A stretch of DNA of 63,290 nucleotides, the filler included, from Piptocephalis cylindrospora (lineage: Eukaryota): NCBI GenBank assembly GCA_003614145.1. It is 26 parts of 26 records of this genome, joined end to end, with 100 filler letters (N's around TTAATTAATTAA, not from the genome) between each part and the next. Parts side by side here need not be neighbours in the genome. Positions count along the whole stretch, not along the records: positions 22,239 to 24,599 come from KZ988991.1; positions 24,700 to 26,949 come from KZ988992.1; positions 27,050 to 29,289 come from KZ988993.1; positions 29,390 to 31,736 come from KZ988994.1; positions 31,837 to 34,180 come from KZ988995.1; positions 34,281 to 36,624 come from KZ988996.1; 20 more parts are not named here. One strand, given 5' to 3'. Below the pieces are notes generated by a model. That model did not search any database, was not told the origin of the DNA, and saw only the letters and a list, made by a program, of their open reading frames with translations. Of the stretch, positions 22,991-34,287 are shown one piece after another. Within the stretch, counting starts at the first letter, position 1, and every line of letters starts with the position of its first letter. The position numbers and the translations under genes were made by a program.

Positions 22991-24599
22991 TCTCCAAAGA
23001 AGTAGGAAGAGTATTGGCCTTTCCAGAACCTGGCTTCCCTCCCTCCTCAGCATACCCAACCCTTTCTCCAGTCCTGGGGTCATGAGACAAGCCCCTAAGT
23101 ACACTCTGCTCTTTTCGCATCTCCTTTCGTTTCTATAATTAAAGGTTGAGGTGTTAACATGGATATTTTAAAACATGGATAGTGCATGCAGAGGATATTT
23201 CCATGAAGGAGTCTGCCCCCTAACAAAATATAGTGATTGTCAGACAATGATGCTTACCTCAGCTCGTGTACCAGAATGTCTACGATGATCCTCATCCAGC
23301 GCTTGATCCCTCTGGACATCCAAATCCTCCCCATGTCCCGAGAGATAAGAGGACATATGGATTGCTGTCGTGGAGGAGGAGGAGGAGGAGGAAGGGGGGG
23401 GCTTCACTTGAGAGGAAGCTGTTGAAGCAGCCCTCTTTGACCTTGCTGATTCCATGGCATACTCCTCCTCCAGGGCAGAAATATCTTTTCCTTGCATGGA
23501 TGCTTTAAGGATCCTAGCACGCAATCGATTTAGCTCAGCTTGGTTCAAAACAGGAGTATGCTTTTCTGGAGCAGTGGCTGGATGAGGGGATAGAGAGGGG
23601 GATGCTGCGAGCTTCTTGGTATTATCATCCAAAGTATCGGGCTTTGAGGAAGTAGAGGACAAGGTGTCCCCAGAGAGAGACAAAGTGGACGTCGGACCAG
23701 GGAGGAGAGATCCTGGGCGAGCAAAGCCAGAACGAGGTGTAGATGAACCTGAAGAGGAGAATGGAGATCGTCTCTTGGATGGGGCTTTCTCTCCACTAAC
23801 ACCGGACCGTTCATGAGAGGAGCGGGAGGAAGTAGATGATGCTCCAGAGGTAGAGGCAGAGTCGGCCCATCTCCTCTTCCTACCCTCAGCATACCTCCCA
23901 CTAGGACGGCTACCTCCCCGACTTCCATCCCCTGATGATCTTGATCCTCCAGACCCGGAGGAAAGGTACTCTCTTTCTTTGAGTGCATCCTGGTAGGCCT
24001 CTGCACTTCCAAACCTGGATATTCCCACCTCCTCCATGGACACCCCCTCATCCTTGGCCTGTCTCTCCACGTTCCGTAGACGCATCATCCTCCAGCTGGA
24101 CCCGGCATCCCCAAAGACAATTGCCTTTTTCTGCTCAACTTCATAGTCATCCACACTTTTTTTCCCTGCCAGTAACTGATGGTTCAATTCTCTATCACTC
24201 ACTACGAAAGGCTATGGGCCATGAGAAAGGATGGAAATGTGGAATGGAATCAATAGATGGGTGGTAGAGTTTACTCCGTGTAATCCGAGCACCACCTACC
24301 TGTTCTTCTTTGGGTTTGGGTTTTTTGCTCTCGGGAGGGGGGGCCTTACGATCGGTAAATAAATCAGTAAACAAGGAATCCCCTGCTCCATCGGTCTCTG
24401 GCATCATCCATGATGATCGAGTTTCCCTAGGAGAGGCAGAGCCTTCTGAGGTAGGCTCTTCTGAGGTACTCTTGGTGACGGATACAGAAGGCCTTTCCTC
24501 CCAAACGTACTCGTTGTCCAATTCATCCTCAGTCTCAGTCGGCCTTTTCCGATCTTTCCGATCGGAGCTCTTGCCATGCCTCCTCTTATCCCGGCGCCG
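22991..24599 (-). CDS. CWF19: Cwf19/CWF19L2 N-terminal and middle region, on the opposite strand to its own C-terminus
   Basis: SDRELNH...FGDAGSSWRMMRLRNVERQAKDEG.SMEEV...RFGS, LNRLRARILKASMQG...LEEEY and HDPRTGERVGY are characteristic of fungal Cwf19. Confidence 0.8.
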
Positions 24600-24699
24600 N
24601 NNNNNNNNNNNNNNNNNNNNNNNNNNNNNNNNNNNNNNNNNNNTTAATTAATTAANNNNNNNNNNNNNNNNNNNNNNNNNNNNNNNNNNNNNNNNNNNN

Positions 24700-26659
24700 G
24701 GAGTGTAGCTATAGACGATGGCATACATGGCAGTCCCAAGGAAGTTGAGGACCCCGGAGGAGATGGTGATACCAATGCCGGACTTGACCCCGACAAAGAT
24801 GAACATGGCTCCGGCACTGCCCCAGGTGGTTAGGGCCATGGAACCCTTACGGCCTAGACGGGTCTCCACCAGCCAGGTGCCGACTATGGCACCGGGAACA
24901 CTGCAAAGGGTGTAGATGAAGTAATCCCGATAGACAATAGATCGAGGATCCCCTTCCTCCCCACCAGCCCCCCCATCAGCCACACCCCGAGATTCGAGGA
25001 ACTTGGGCAGGAAGACGTTGAACATCGTGTAAGCCAGGTTGATAAGGACCCAAATGGCCCAGACAAGTACGGTAGTTCTACGCATACGACGGGAGAAGAG
25101 GGGGCCGAGGACACGGGATGATTTGTGGGTTTGACGTCGGAGCCATCGACCTAGGCTTGAAGAAGCCGGTGATTTCCTATGATGGGGGGAAGGGGAGGGC
25201 CTGGACCAACGGGCCCCACCCTCAGCATTACCAGCACCACCATAGTCACCTGAGGTCATCCTGGCGGTGCCGGGAGGCATATTGACGCCTTCTCCATCAC
25301 TTCCGCTACCTCCAGAGGATCCAGTGCCGATGACCAAGGTGGGAGAGGGAGGGGGAGAGGCCAGATCATCGGGCTTGACCACCCAGCCTACTTCATCGCC
25401 ATTGACACGGATGATGGATGTGAGGACAGAGGCAGCCTCCTCCCTTCTTCCCTTGAGAAGGAGGAATTTCGGAGATTCGGGAAGACGGAAGAGGAACCAT
25501 CGGGAGGCAAACATCAGAAGGCTAAAGAGACCCAGGGTGCCTAGGAGATACCTCCAGCCCTGGTTCTTACTCGGGTCACACTGGGGCTCGCCAGCGCCCG
25601 GGACGGGGGTCATGGGGCAGGAGTACTTGGGGAGTAGGGCCCAGGAGAGAGCGGACGTGAAGACGGCTCCGGAGGAGAAAAAGACGGAGAGGAAGGTGAG
25701 GAGGTATTGCTTGTGGACGGGGATAAATTCGAGGAAGAGGGCACCGTCAACGGGCATGTTACCACCGACGCCAAATCCAAGGAAAAGGAGGAGAACACAG
25801 AGGACGGGATAGTTAGGGGAGAAGGCGGAGGCAACGCCGAATATGGCTGACAGGAGCATGGTGCAGGTAAAGGCTATACGTCGCCCTCGAACGTCGGAGA
25901 AGAGACCCCAAAACAGGGCACCGATCATCATGCCGGCAAAGGTGGCTGAGGACATGAGGCCAATTTGGTTATCTGGGATACCGAAATGTTGCTGGACCCG
26001 TGGGAGGATAGAGGCAACACACTGTAGCCACATCTAAAGGGGAGGGCGGTGAGGATGGGGTAAGATGAGGTGAAGTAGGATGGGGCACCTCTCTTTCATA
26101 TCCCAATACAAAAGGAGTCAGTACTTACGTTATCGGCAAACCAACCGAGTCCACAGAGGAAAAACATTTTCTTTTGAAACTTGCCATATCCAATGCGAGT
26201 GATGATCTCTTGAAGGGAATGGTCTTTGGGGAGAGAGGCAAGGCCGGTGGCCTCGGTGGCATCCTGGTCGATGGAGGCATCATCCATGGAGGTCTTTCCT
26301 TGGGGCGAAGAGGGATGGAGAAGGGACTGGCCCAGTCTCATCCTCTCCTCCTCTTCCTTAGCAGCGTCTGAGGGGTGGGAGGAGGAAGAGGAAAGCATGA
26401 GGGAAGCCTTCTCCGATAAGGGAACGAGGGGAGGAGGACCGTTTTCGAATTCAGCAGGGATAGAGGGGGTCGGGGTAGAGATAGACTTTTCACTCAGGGG
26501 ACCTGACTCGTTGGGTGGGTCAGTCTCACTGGAGGGAAGGGATGGAGGAAGAACGTTTGGGGATATGGATTTTTCACCAAGAGAGGAGGTTTCACTGTTG
26601 GTGACTTGGATGGGGGGGGAGGTGGGACGGGAGGGAGTAGAGGAGGAAAGATTCGACAT
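24700..26659 (-). CDS. MFS transporter, SV2/SVOP-like (intron at about 26035-26128; 3' truncated)
   Basis: IGYGKFQKKMFFLCGLGWFADN/MWLQ...SDVRGRR...GVGGNMPVDGALFLEFIP...GWRY...PESPKFL...VETRLGRK. Confidence 0.9.
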
Positions 26660-27049
26660 TCACCTTTACTGTGGGAAATAGGATCAATAAAAGGGAGTGA
26701 AGGAGGGAGAGGGGAGAGGAGGGAGAGAGATGTCGGAGTTGACAGGATCAGAGGGGAAGAGGAGAATTGGGGGATGCAGTGAGGGGAAGGGAGGGAGAGA
26801 GAAGGAAAGGGAGGAGATAACCAAGGACAGGGTGGGAAAGTGTTATTTGTTGTTGGCAAAAGAGACGGGCGGAACGAGTTAACCACGGCACCGGGGAAGG
26901 AAGATGGAAGGGGAAGAAAGGGAGATGAAGGTTAATATAGATACACGGANNNNNNNNNNNNNNNNNNNNNNNNNNNNNNNNNNNNNNNNNNNNTTAATTA
27001 ATTAANNNNNNNNNNNNNNNNNNNNNNNNNNNNNNNNNNNNNNNNNNNN

Positions 27050-28291
27050 TAAGTGAAGAAGAGGGGCCATTCACTCTCAATATTTTCAAACACCCTTAGC
27101 TCATGTGGTTCATAATGCAATCTAGAGTGATCTGTATGTGTAGAGACGAAGGGGAGGGTGATTAATTTCAGAGGAAGTGTGGTATAGGGCGCCGCCAGAA
27201 TATCTCTCATGCCCTCTTGTGTGATACACTCTTTCCCCCTTCCAACGAATGCAGTTTACCTTCAACTACAGTCTGATGACCATCCCGGAGGAATCGCCTA
27301 CATCCGTACTTCCCACCAAGTTTCCGAATAATCTCCTCCTGTGTCCGAAGGGCAAGATCCACATCGGCGACAGCAAAAGCGGGGTATCCAACGACGGAGA
27401 GAAGAGCGGAATCGACCTCCTTTGACTTGGATTCCCTGGGAAGGGCCGATGCAAGGACAGAGGCATTACGCTCTACTTCATCGGGTAAGACATGGATCAC
27501 CGAAGTAGGGCCGCCACGTGGGCCAAAGAGATTGAGGCCATTCAGGGCCTCAAGGGCGGCGACGACCATGCCAATGGAGGAGGAGTTGAGCTCGGGTTCT
27601 CCATGGTTCATCTTGTTTCCTCGTTCCCACAGACCAAAATCAGGGGTACGGTAAGCGGTCTCACAGTAAAAGACGAGGTTTTGTACAAAGTCAACCTCGT
27701 CTTGGGAGTAGATGATCCTGAAACCGGCAGCTGTCATCTGGGCCAAGGTAAGGAGAAAAAGGGAAGTAGCGTCGATCTGGAGATGGCCCCAATCGCCATC
27801 CCCAACGACGGTCTCACCCGTGGCGGTGTTGTACTTTGCGTGCAGGGCATCCCAGACGGACTGAGTTTCCTTGAATTTTTCCACCTTGTTTGCCTGTCTC
27901 ATCATAGCACCTAACAATCCGCGCATCAGCTTGACACACGAATGTTCCAGTTCATCTAAAAAAGGGAAGAAGAGGACGAGGGGGAGTAAGCAAAGGCCCC
28001 TTGGGGTAATCCAGGAAGAGATCATTACTTGTGTGACTTACAAGCTTTTCCCTGATCATCATCAATCTGACGATAGGCCAGGGCAAGGCCAAAGACCGCA
28101 AGGATAGAGTAGACATTGTCACGGACCCAGGCATCACGGTAATCACCATGATTGGTCACGGCAGTGGAGGCAGGAAGCAGACCTGTAACGGGGTTTTGTC
28201 GCTTGAGGATGATGGTGTGGATGGTGCGGTAGTAGTAGTCCAGTCGAGCGTGTTTCCCACCCACCGAACTTGCCTCTGGAGAGAGGGGCAT
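27050..28291 (-). CDS. Phosphorylase b kinase regulatory subunit alpha/beta (GH15-like fold), 5' part
   Basis: [12 protein letters not shown]...[11 protein letters not shown]...[24 protein letters not shown]...LHAKY...[22 protein letters not shown]...[11 protein letters not shown]...[12 protein letters not shown]...LPRES.SKEVD...GKYGC.RFLRDG...[11 protein letters not shown]. Confidence 0.92.
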
Positions 28292-29389
28292 ATTGGCTGA
28301 AGAGAGGGAGGGGAGAAGACACAAAGAGTGAATCGGACGGATGTGCAAAGAGTAGAGGGAAGGGATGGGAATTGGAGAAGACGGGAAAGGTTGACAAAGA
28401 TAGGGAAAGAGAAGTGGAGTGGAGTGAGGTGAGAGAGGGGTGAACGGTGGAGGTGGGCGAGCGGTGAGAAAGCTAGATTTTATAGCCGTGTGGTAGTCGT
28501 CACCCTCGCACACACTTTGATTGAAGCGAAGTCAGTGTAGCGTCGTGGACCGCGCTTATCGTCGCACCTCAATTGCCACAGCGTGGGTGATGTAGTGACT
28601 TGGAAGTTCCTCTTTTGAGTTCGTGCATAGATATGCTTGACTGGACTATGTGTCTGTGTGTGTGTGTGTGTGTGTGTGGAGGTGTCTGGAGGGCGGTTGG
28701 CTGATCTTTTCCCAGCAAGTTAGAACTCAACTGTACAATGTCTGCGATTGGCATGATGACGCCGTCACCATCCGCTACCCGAGGCGTAAGGAGAGCCGCC
28801 TGGATGTTCACCTGAATAAGGGGATGATGGACATATGTGTGCGAAACGAGATGCCAAACAGGGTGGAGAGGACGGAGGTGACTATTTACCTTGGGGAAAG
28901 CCGCTCCATCTGGAATACACGGTCTTTACCCCACCTCATCCCATCCCTCCCTATTGGTGCATGTGACGCGTAGGGTGGTGACCATTCACTGCCTTTATGA
29001 TAAGAGACGCGCCATCTCCGCACAGCTCTTAGTCAAGCCATCCGTACTTCTCTTATACACTACTGGAATATTCTCACGCAGATCCATGCTGTTACTCGGA
29101 GTTGGCGAAGTATACACACACGTAAAGCCATTAGAACTGGGTCGATTCTTCAAGATAAAGGATAAAGGCAAATTCCAATAATTACATAGTTAGTCGTGTC
29201 CCGCATATGCACCTGACCGTTATCCTCTTAGGGCATATAAGGGGTAAGAGAGTGGCGATAAACCCTCCCGTTTGTATACTGATTCAACTNNNNNNNNNNN
29301 NNNNNNNNNNNNNNNNNNNNNNNNNNNNNNNNNTTAATTAATTAANNNNNNNNNNNNNNNNNNNNNNNNNNNNNNNNNNNNNNNNNNNN

Positions 29390-29768
29390 CACGGCACAGA
29401 AGAACTACACAATACTAACTACAGCACGAGAATTATACGTACGTATACTGTTTAACTTGTTGTATACCTTGTTTTCGCTTGTGCGTGTGTCAAGTGTTCG
29501 TTCCTTACAACAGTGTCGAATAGGCGTTAGCATTTCCTTAACAGTTCTTGTGCGTATTGATGTGTTGTTGATGAATCCATGTTGTGAGATCGCGTGCGTC
29601 TTCAATCTTCCAAACAAATTGACTGTAATGTGTTCGCCTTGTCGAGTACAATTTATGACGTCGTGCGCTGTCTATCTGATCGTATATCGTAGCGTCTGCG
29701 TTACTAAACATTAACGTACGTATAATTCTCGTGCTGTAGTTAGTATTGTGTAGTTCTTCTGTGCCGTG
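29390..29768. repeat. Exact 55-bp inverted repeat (29390-29444 / 29714-29768)
   Basis: cacggcacagaagaactacacaatactaactacagcacgagaattatacgtacgt and its reverse complement; the first copy is the contig start. Confidence 0.95.
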
Positions 29769-31836
29769 TAAGCCGGTTTGCGAGTATCATCAGTTTCTCG
29801 TTTCAGCATGATATAGATGCTTTGCTTATTCTCCTCCTTGTCTTTCATACGCAACCTTTGGCTGTTGCTGTTGTAGACGATTATACTGCTTGACTAAGGC
29901 TTGCTATCACGTTGACTGCTATTGCTAACGCGCCATCTCACGTGCGCTGTCAACTAGTTGGCGAATGTCTGTGTGAGACAGCAAATTTGTGCTGTAATGC
30001 CGACGATCGGCGTACCTTAACTTATGCGTGCACATCCTATGGTTCCTGCCTGCGTCAATGTAGTGATTTATTCGTGCGTGTGTTCTTATTTGCGACGTTT
30101 GCATGTTGTGCCCGCCCTATCTGCAGTTTTCTATGAATGTTACCATGCCGCAGCATAGTCGTTATCCTCGCAGTGCTTCCTTTGCACGCGTAAGTATTTT
30201 TGTAACTTGTTGTGATGATCTGGGCGCATTAATACATGATGTGCATCGACGCGATGACTGTAACATCACTAGATCCAGCTTTCTGCCTGTAAGTAATCTG
30301 CGTATGTCTCGTTCAAGATCCCAGACCTCGGCATCTGGAACAGTCGTAATAATTCACTGATCTGCTTATTAGTCGTTAATTGGACTCTTTCTGAGCCTAT
30401 TCGATTATAAACTTATCTAGGTACCTGTGTTAAGTCTGTCTCCCTTCTATTTTTGTTTGCCAGCCTATCCCTCCGACTTACTGCTTGTTATTCAATCTCA
30501 TGGCAGCATTTTACGTATCTACTGGTCTGAGTCGCAATGCCGCGCCAATGCGCAAGCGATCTTTCTGTCTTGTCCGATGTGCCTTTTGAATGTCTGATGT
30601 TCTGCAACATGCAATAAAATCTGTTGTGCGTATACAATTATCGCCGATGATATAGTCTTGTTTTTCACGCATGCCGTGTCATGTACTGTGTTCGACGTAC
30701 CGCCTCTTCGCTGTAGTGCATACCCGCGACCATGTGTTACTCATGGTCCGCTGAGCTGTCGTTTGACATGGAAGTGTGTTGCTCTGTTGATACTGTCGTC
30801 CGTTATGGTGATTGATAGCGCATGTGATATCCTACGCATAAATTCTTGTTGTGTCTTTTCATCGAATTTTGTCTTATGCTCAGACTATGCGTCTACTTTC
30901 TTCATCCTGATATATCCTGGTATAGCAGCCAGGTTGTTATGTGTCGATGTGCGTTCTTGATTTCTGATAACTGATCTGCTACGATTCCTGATTATATACA
31001 AATCTAAGTCCTACAACTGTGTTGTGTGCTGCGCCGATGCGCTCTTCTTGTTCTTGTACGATGCCTGATGTGTGTTGATTCGAAATGTCATCCACGTGTG
31101 TGTAGTTTCATATACGAAATGTCCTGACCAATCCAGTGTACATAATTTGTTTTGCATGCTTCCCACTACATACTCCTTGGTACCATGTGCGATCGTGTTT
31201 GTATTATACCTAGTTGCTGCGTAATATGACTAGTGTTGCACCTATTTGTCGCACATATGTGCTGCAATTCCGTCGCTGTTCGTATGCTGATCTGCGTTCT
31301 GAGCTTTATCTTACTCGCTCAAGTCATTTGTTGCGCTGTCGTGTCAGTCTTTGCATTGCCTATTGAGCAACATTCTCGCACTGACTGCGCTGTGCGATTT
31401 TTTCTTCTGAAGTCTTTAACGTTGCCCTATTCTGAATCACAACTACTGTCAATCTCAATCGATTTCGATCGCTATGTGCTCCTTGCAGCTTTAATCTGCC
31501 GAGATGTGCAGCTCCCTTTTGATGTATTAACGTCCGTCCAGTGAGTGTCCCCATTCTGTCGATAGACTTGACGTGTTATGCCAATGGCGATTCGTTTATC
31601 CTCGTATGCTTAATATCCGTCCGCTAGTCCTGAATGCTCAAATTATATGCATTATCTTTGTCTGTCTCAAACTGCAGTTGCCAGATCGATATCAGTATAC
31701 ACTTAGACGTCTCTGACTTTTGCTAAACCAGCGATCNNNNNNNNNNNNNNNNNNNNNNNNNNNNNNNNNNNNNNNNNNNNTTAATTAATTAANNNNNNNN
31801 NNNNNNNNNNNNNNNNNNNNNNNNNNNNNNNNNNNN

Positions 31837-32113
31837 ACTTTCCCATGTCGTCGACATGCACATATACGCACACACACACACTCTCCTTCTCCTGCTCTCT
31901 CTCTCTTATCGGCCATTAGCATCCTTGTCATAGGCCATAGTGCATTTTTAGCCTCCCTGTCATAGGCTGTTGACTAGGCACCATCGGAGGAATGGATGGG
32001 AACCCGCTCAAACTTTCAATCTCCTCGCCTTTGTGATTGGTGCTAGCGGGGTTCACTCCAGATCCCTGCCATGTGTGTGTACGTATATGTGCATGTCGAC
32101 GACATGGGAACGT
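31837..32113. repeat. Imperfect 42-bp inverted repeat (31837-31878 / 32072-32113, 2 mismatches)
   Basis: actttcccatgtcgtcgacatgcacatatacgcacacacaca versus the reverse complement acgttcccatgtcgtcgacatgcacatatacgtacacacaca. Confidence 0.85.
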
Positions 32114-32204
32114 GCATCGATCATTCTCTCCTTGCGCCCCCGCCCATGTCCAGCACTCGATCAGACGCACATAGCGTTGTATTCTTTCGTTATCCCCTCC
32201 CCCC

Positions 32205-33503
32205 CTATGCTCCAAGATACATCAACGCAGCAAAGGAACATAGACTGACAACACCCCATTCAAGGAGGACAGGGACGTTGGGCGAGGCATCGGCATGGGA
32301 GGTGGCCTTGGTGGCATGGGGATCCTGGGCTGAAGGGGGCTGGTCGAGATTCTCGGCCTGATCATTCACCTCGGGCACCGTGCTCAGGGTACAGAACCGA
32401 CGGCCAGCCCAAAAACCTCCATACCAAGAATGATGGTCCCAAGAACGGTCAGAGCATGAGATGCTTGAGCTGCAGTTGCTGTCCTGGCTTCCCTGACACT
32501 CCACCACCTTCCAGTGCATGGGATCGGGCATCCAGGTTTCATTGACGTTCTCGGCATGTCTCACCCCATCTCCCTTGTTATCCAGCATGTGGGGGACCAC
32601 ATCATCCGACGACACCACCCGAATGACCCGACTGGGCCCAATGGCCTTGGCTAAGGCATTGGCCAGGGTCGTTTGGCCCACTTCAGGCTGTCCATACGTA
32701 TACACGGCCCGAGGCGCTGGGAGCTGGGTGAACTGGGTGGTGAGGGCCAGGTTGGCCCCGGCGGTAAATGCCAACGCCCCTCCGAGGGAATGGCCCGTGA
32801 CGATATACTCCATCCCGGGATGGGCCGCCATGACCTCCTGAAGGGCATGGGTGTAGCCTAAGGTTCCGTTCTGTAAAATCTGAGTGGATTCTTGGAAGCC
32901 CTTGTGCGCCTTGCCCACATCCCCAGATCCGGAGGTGGAGAGTCCGGGGTACAGGGCTGGATCAGGCGTAACTAACTCCTTGTCCAGGTCCCGCTTGGCA
33001 TTGGCCACATTGGCCGTGCCTCGAAAGGCCAAGATCGCGTAGTTTTGGGCCGTGTTCACAAAGACATCATACGCCAGGTCGTCCACGGTAACATTATGGG
33101 TCATCTCAAAGGTCCCCATGGCCAGGGGAAGCCGCTTGGGCCCGGCAACCACCCCGGACATCCCGGCGGCCGACTCTGAGGAGCAGTACGTCAGGGCCGA
33201 GTAGGAGATGTGTCGGAGGATTAGCTCATTGTCGTGTAATTGCGCATCCGTCACGTTCTTCATCACAATCCCTGTCAATGGGATGGTCCCTGGTCCTGCG
33301 TAGTAGGCATCCAGCTCTTCCTGTTGACTCTTGGGCTTGGGCCCCTTGTCCCACGGGACGATAAAATGTTGAAAGGTTTCCTCGGTATTGAGGACGTTGC
33401 AAAATGTTTCCTTGATATTCAAGCCCTCCGTTTCCCTCGGTAGTAACAGGAGCCCGGGGAAAAGGAGAGGAAGGAGGCCTAGGAGGCCCACGGGGGTTTT
33501 CAT
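32205..33503 (-). CDS. Secreted class 3 lipase (alpha/beta hydrolase), intronless, hydrophobic C-tail
   Basis: Signal-like MKTPVGLLGLLPLLFPGLLLL; AILAFRGT, AHKGF, TGHSLGGA (GxSxG), VYTYGQPEVG, RVVSSDDVVPHM and DHHSWY. Start chosen at ATG 33503. Confidence 0.9.
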   Translation of the reverse strand: MKTPVGLLGLLPLLFPGLLLLPRETEGLNIKETFCNVLNTEETFQHFIVPWDKGPKPKSQQEELDAYYAGPGTIPLTGIVMKNVTDAQLHDNELILRHISYSALTYCSSESAAGMSGVVAGPKRLPLAMGTFEMTHNVTVDDLAYDVFVNTAQNYAILAFRGTANVANAKRDLDKELVTPDPALYPGLSTSGSGDVGKAHKGFQESTQILQNGTLGYTHALQEVMAAHPGMEYIVTGHSLGGALAFTAGANLALTTQFTQLPAPRAVYTYGQPEVGQTTLANALAKAIGPSRVIRVVSSDDVVPHMLDNKGDGVRHAENVNETWMPDPMHWKVVECQGSQDSNCSSSISCSDRSWDHHSWYGGFWAGRRFCTLSTVPEVNDQAENLDQPPSAQDPHATKATSHADASPNVPVLLEWGVVSLCSFAALMYLGA

Positions 33504-34287
33504 ACTAGTGATCATGCTGGTGGGTAAAATGCGAATGTTAAAGTGGACGAATGAGGTGGAATAGAGCCCATCCGTGCCGGTGACTTTATATCTCCCTTCT
33601 CCTTGAGAGGTCACCCAAGTAGTAGTAGTAAACCCATTCTATTTTCCTTTAGTGGGAGAGGTCGCAGAAGTAATCATCCATACTTTGCGCAATAATGAGC
33701 CCAGGGTATATTTCTTATTCAAAAAGCAAGAAAAGGATATAATGATGAAATCGTTCTATTTTCCCCCTTAGTGGGACGGGCTAAATGGATATCCTAGCAA
33801 GAATAGGATATACTAAATGTCATTCGCCTTGCTTTTAACTCATTCATCCTCTTACACATCTTTATTTTTATACTCAATAAGTTCCAATCTATCCAGCAAG
33901 CAGAAAGGGCCATCATGGTCGGTCTCCCTGCCTTGACAATCCCTTGCTAATACCCACCATCATGATCTAGGCCCCTGTCCCGATGAAGACATGTCTGAGA
34001 GAGGACCTCCTCTCCCCCAAGAACGAGGATCTCATATCAAGTGCACGCGCTAACGGTCAAACATTGCATGCAGGGCCACATCCCACAGACCCCAGCTGTG
34101 CTGAATCCTCACATCCTGAGGCTCAAAACAAATCCAGCTTGGGCGATAGGGGTGGGTAAAGATTGGCCTGCTTTGCCCCTNNNNNNNNNNNNNNNNNNNN
34201 NNNNNNNNNNNNNNNNNNNNNNNNTTAATTAATTAANNNNNNNNNNNNNNNNNNNNNNNNNNNNNNNNNNNNNNNNNNNNCTTCACC

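Noticed and set aside
9903..24599. Ciliate-like programmed gene scrambling
   Set aside because: Short-range inversions at microhomologies, fold-back duplications and an adapter remnant fit amplification chimeras far better.
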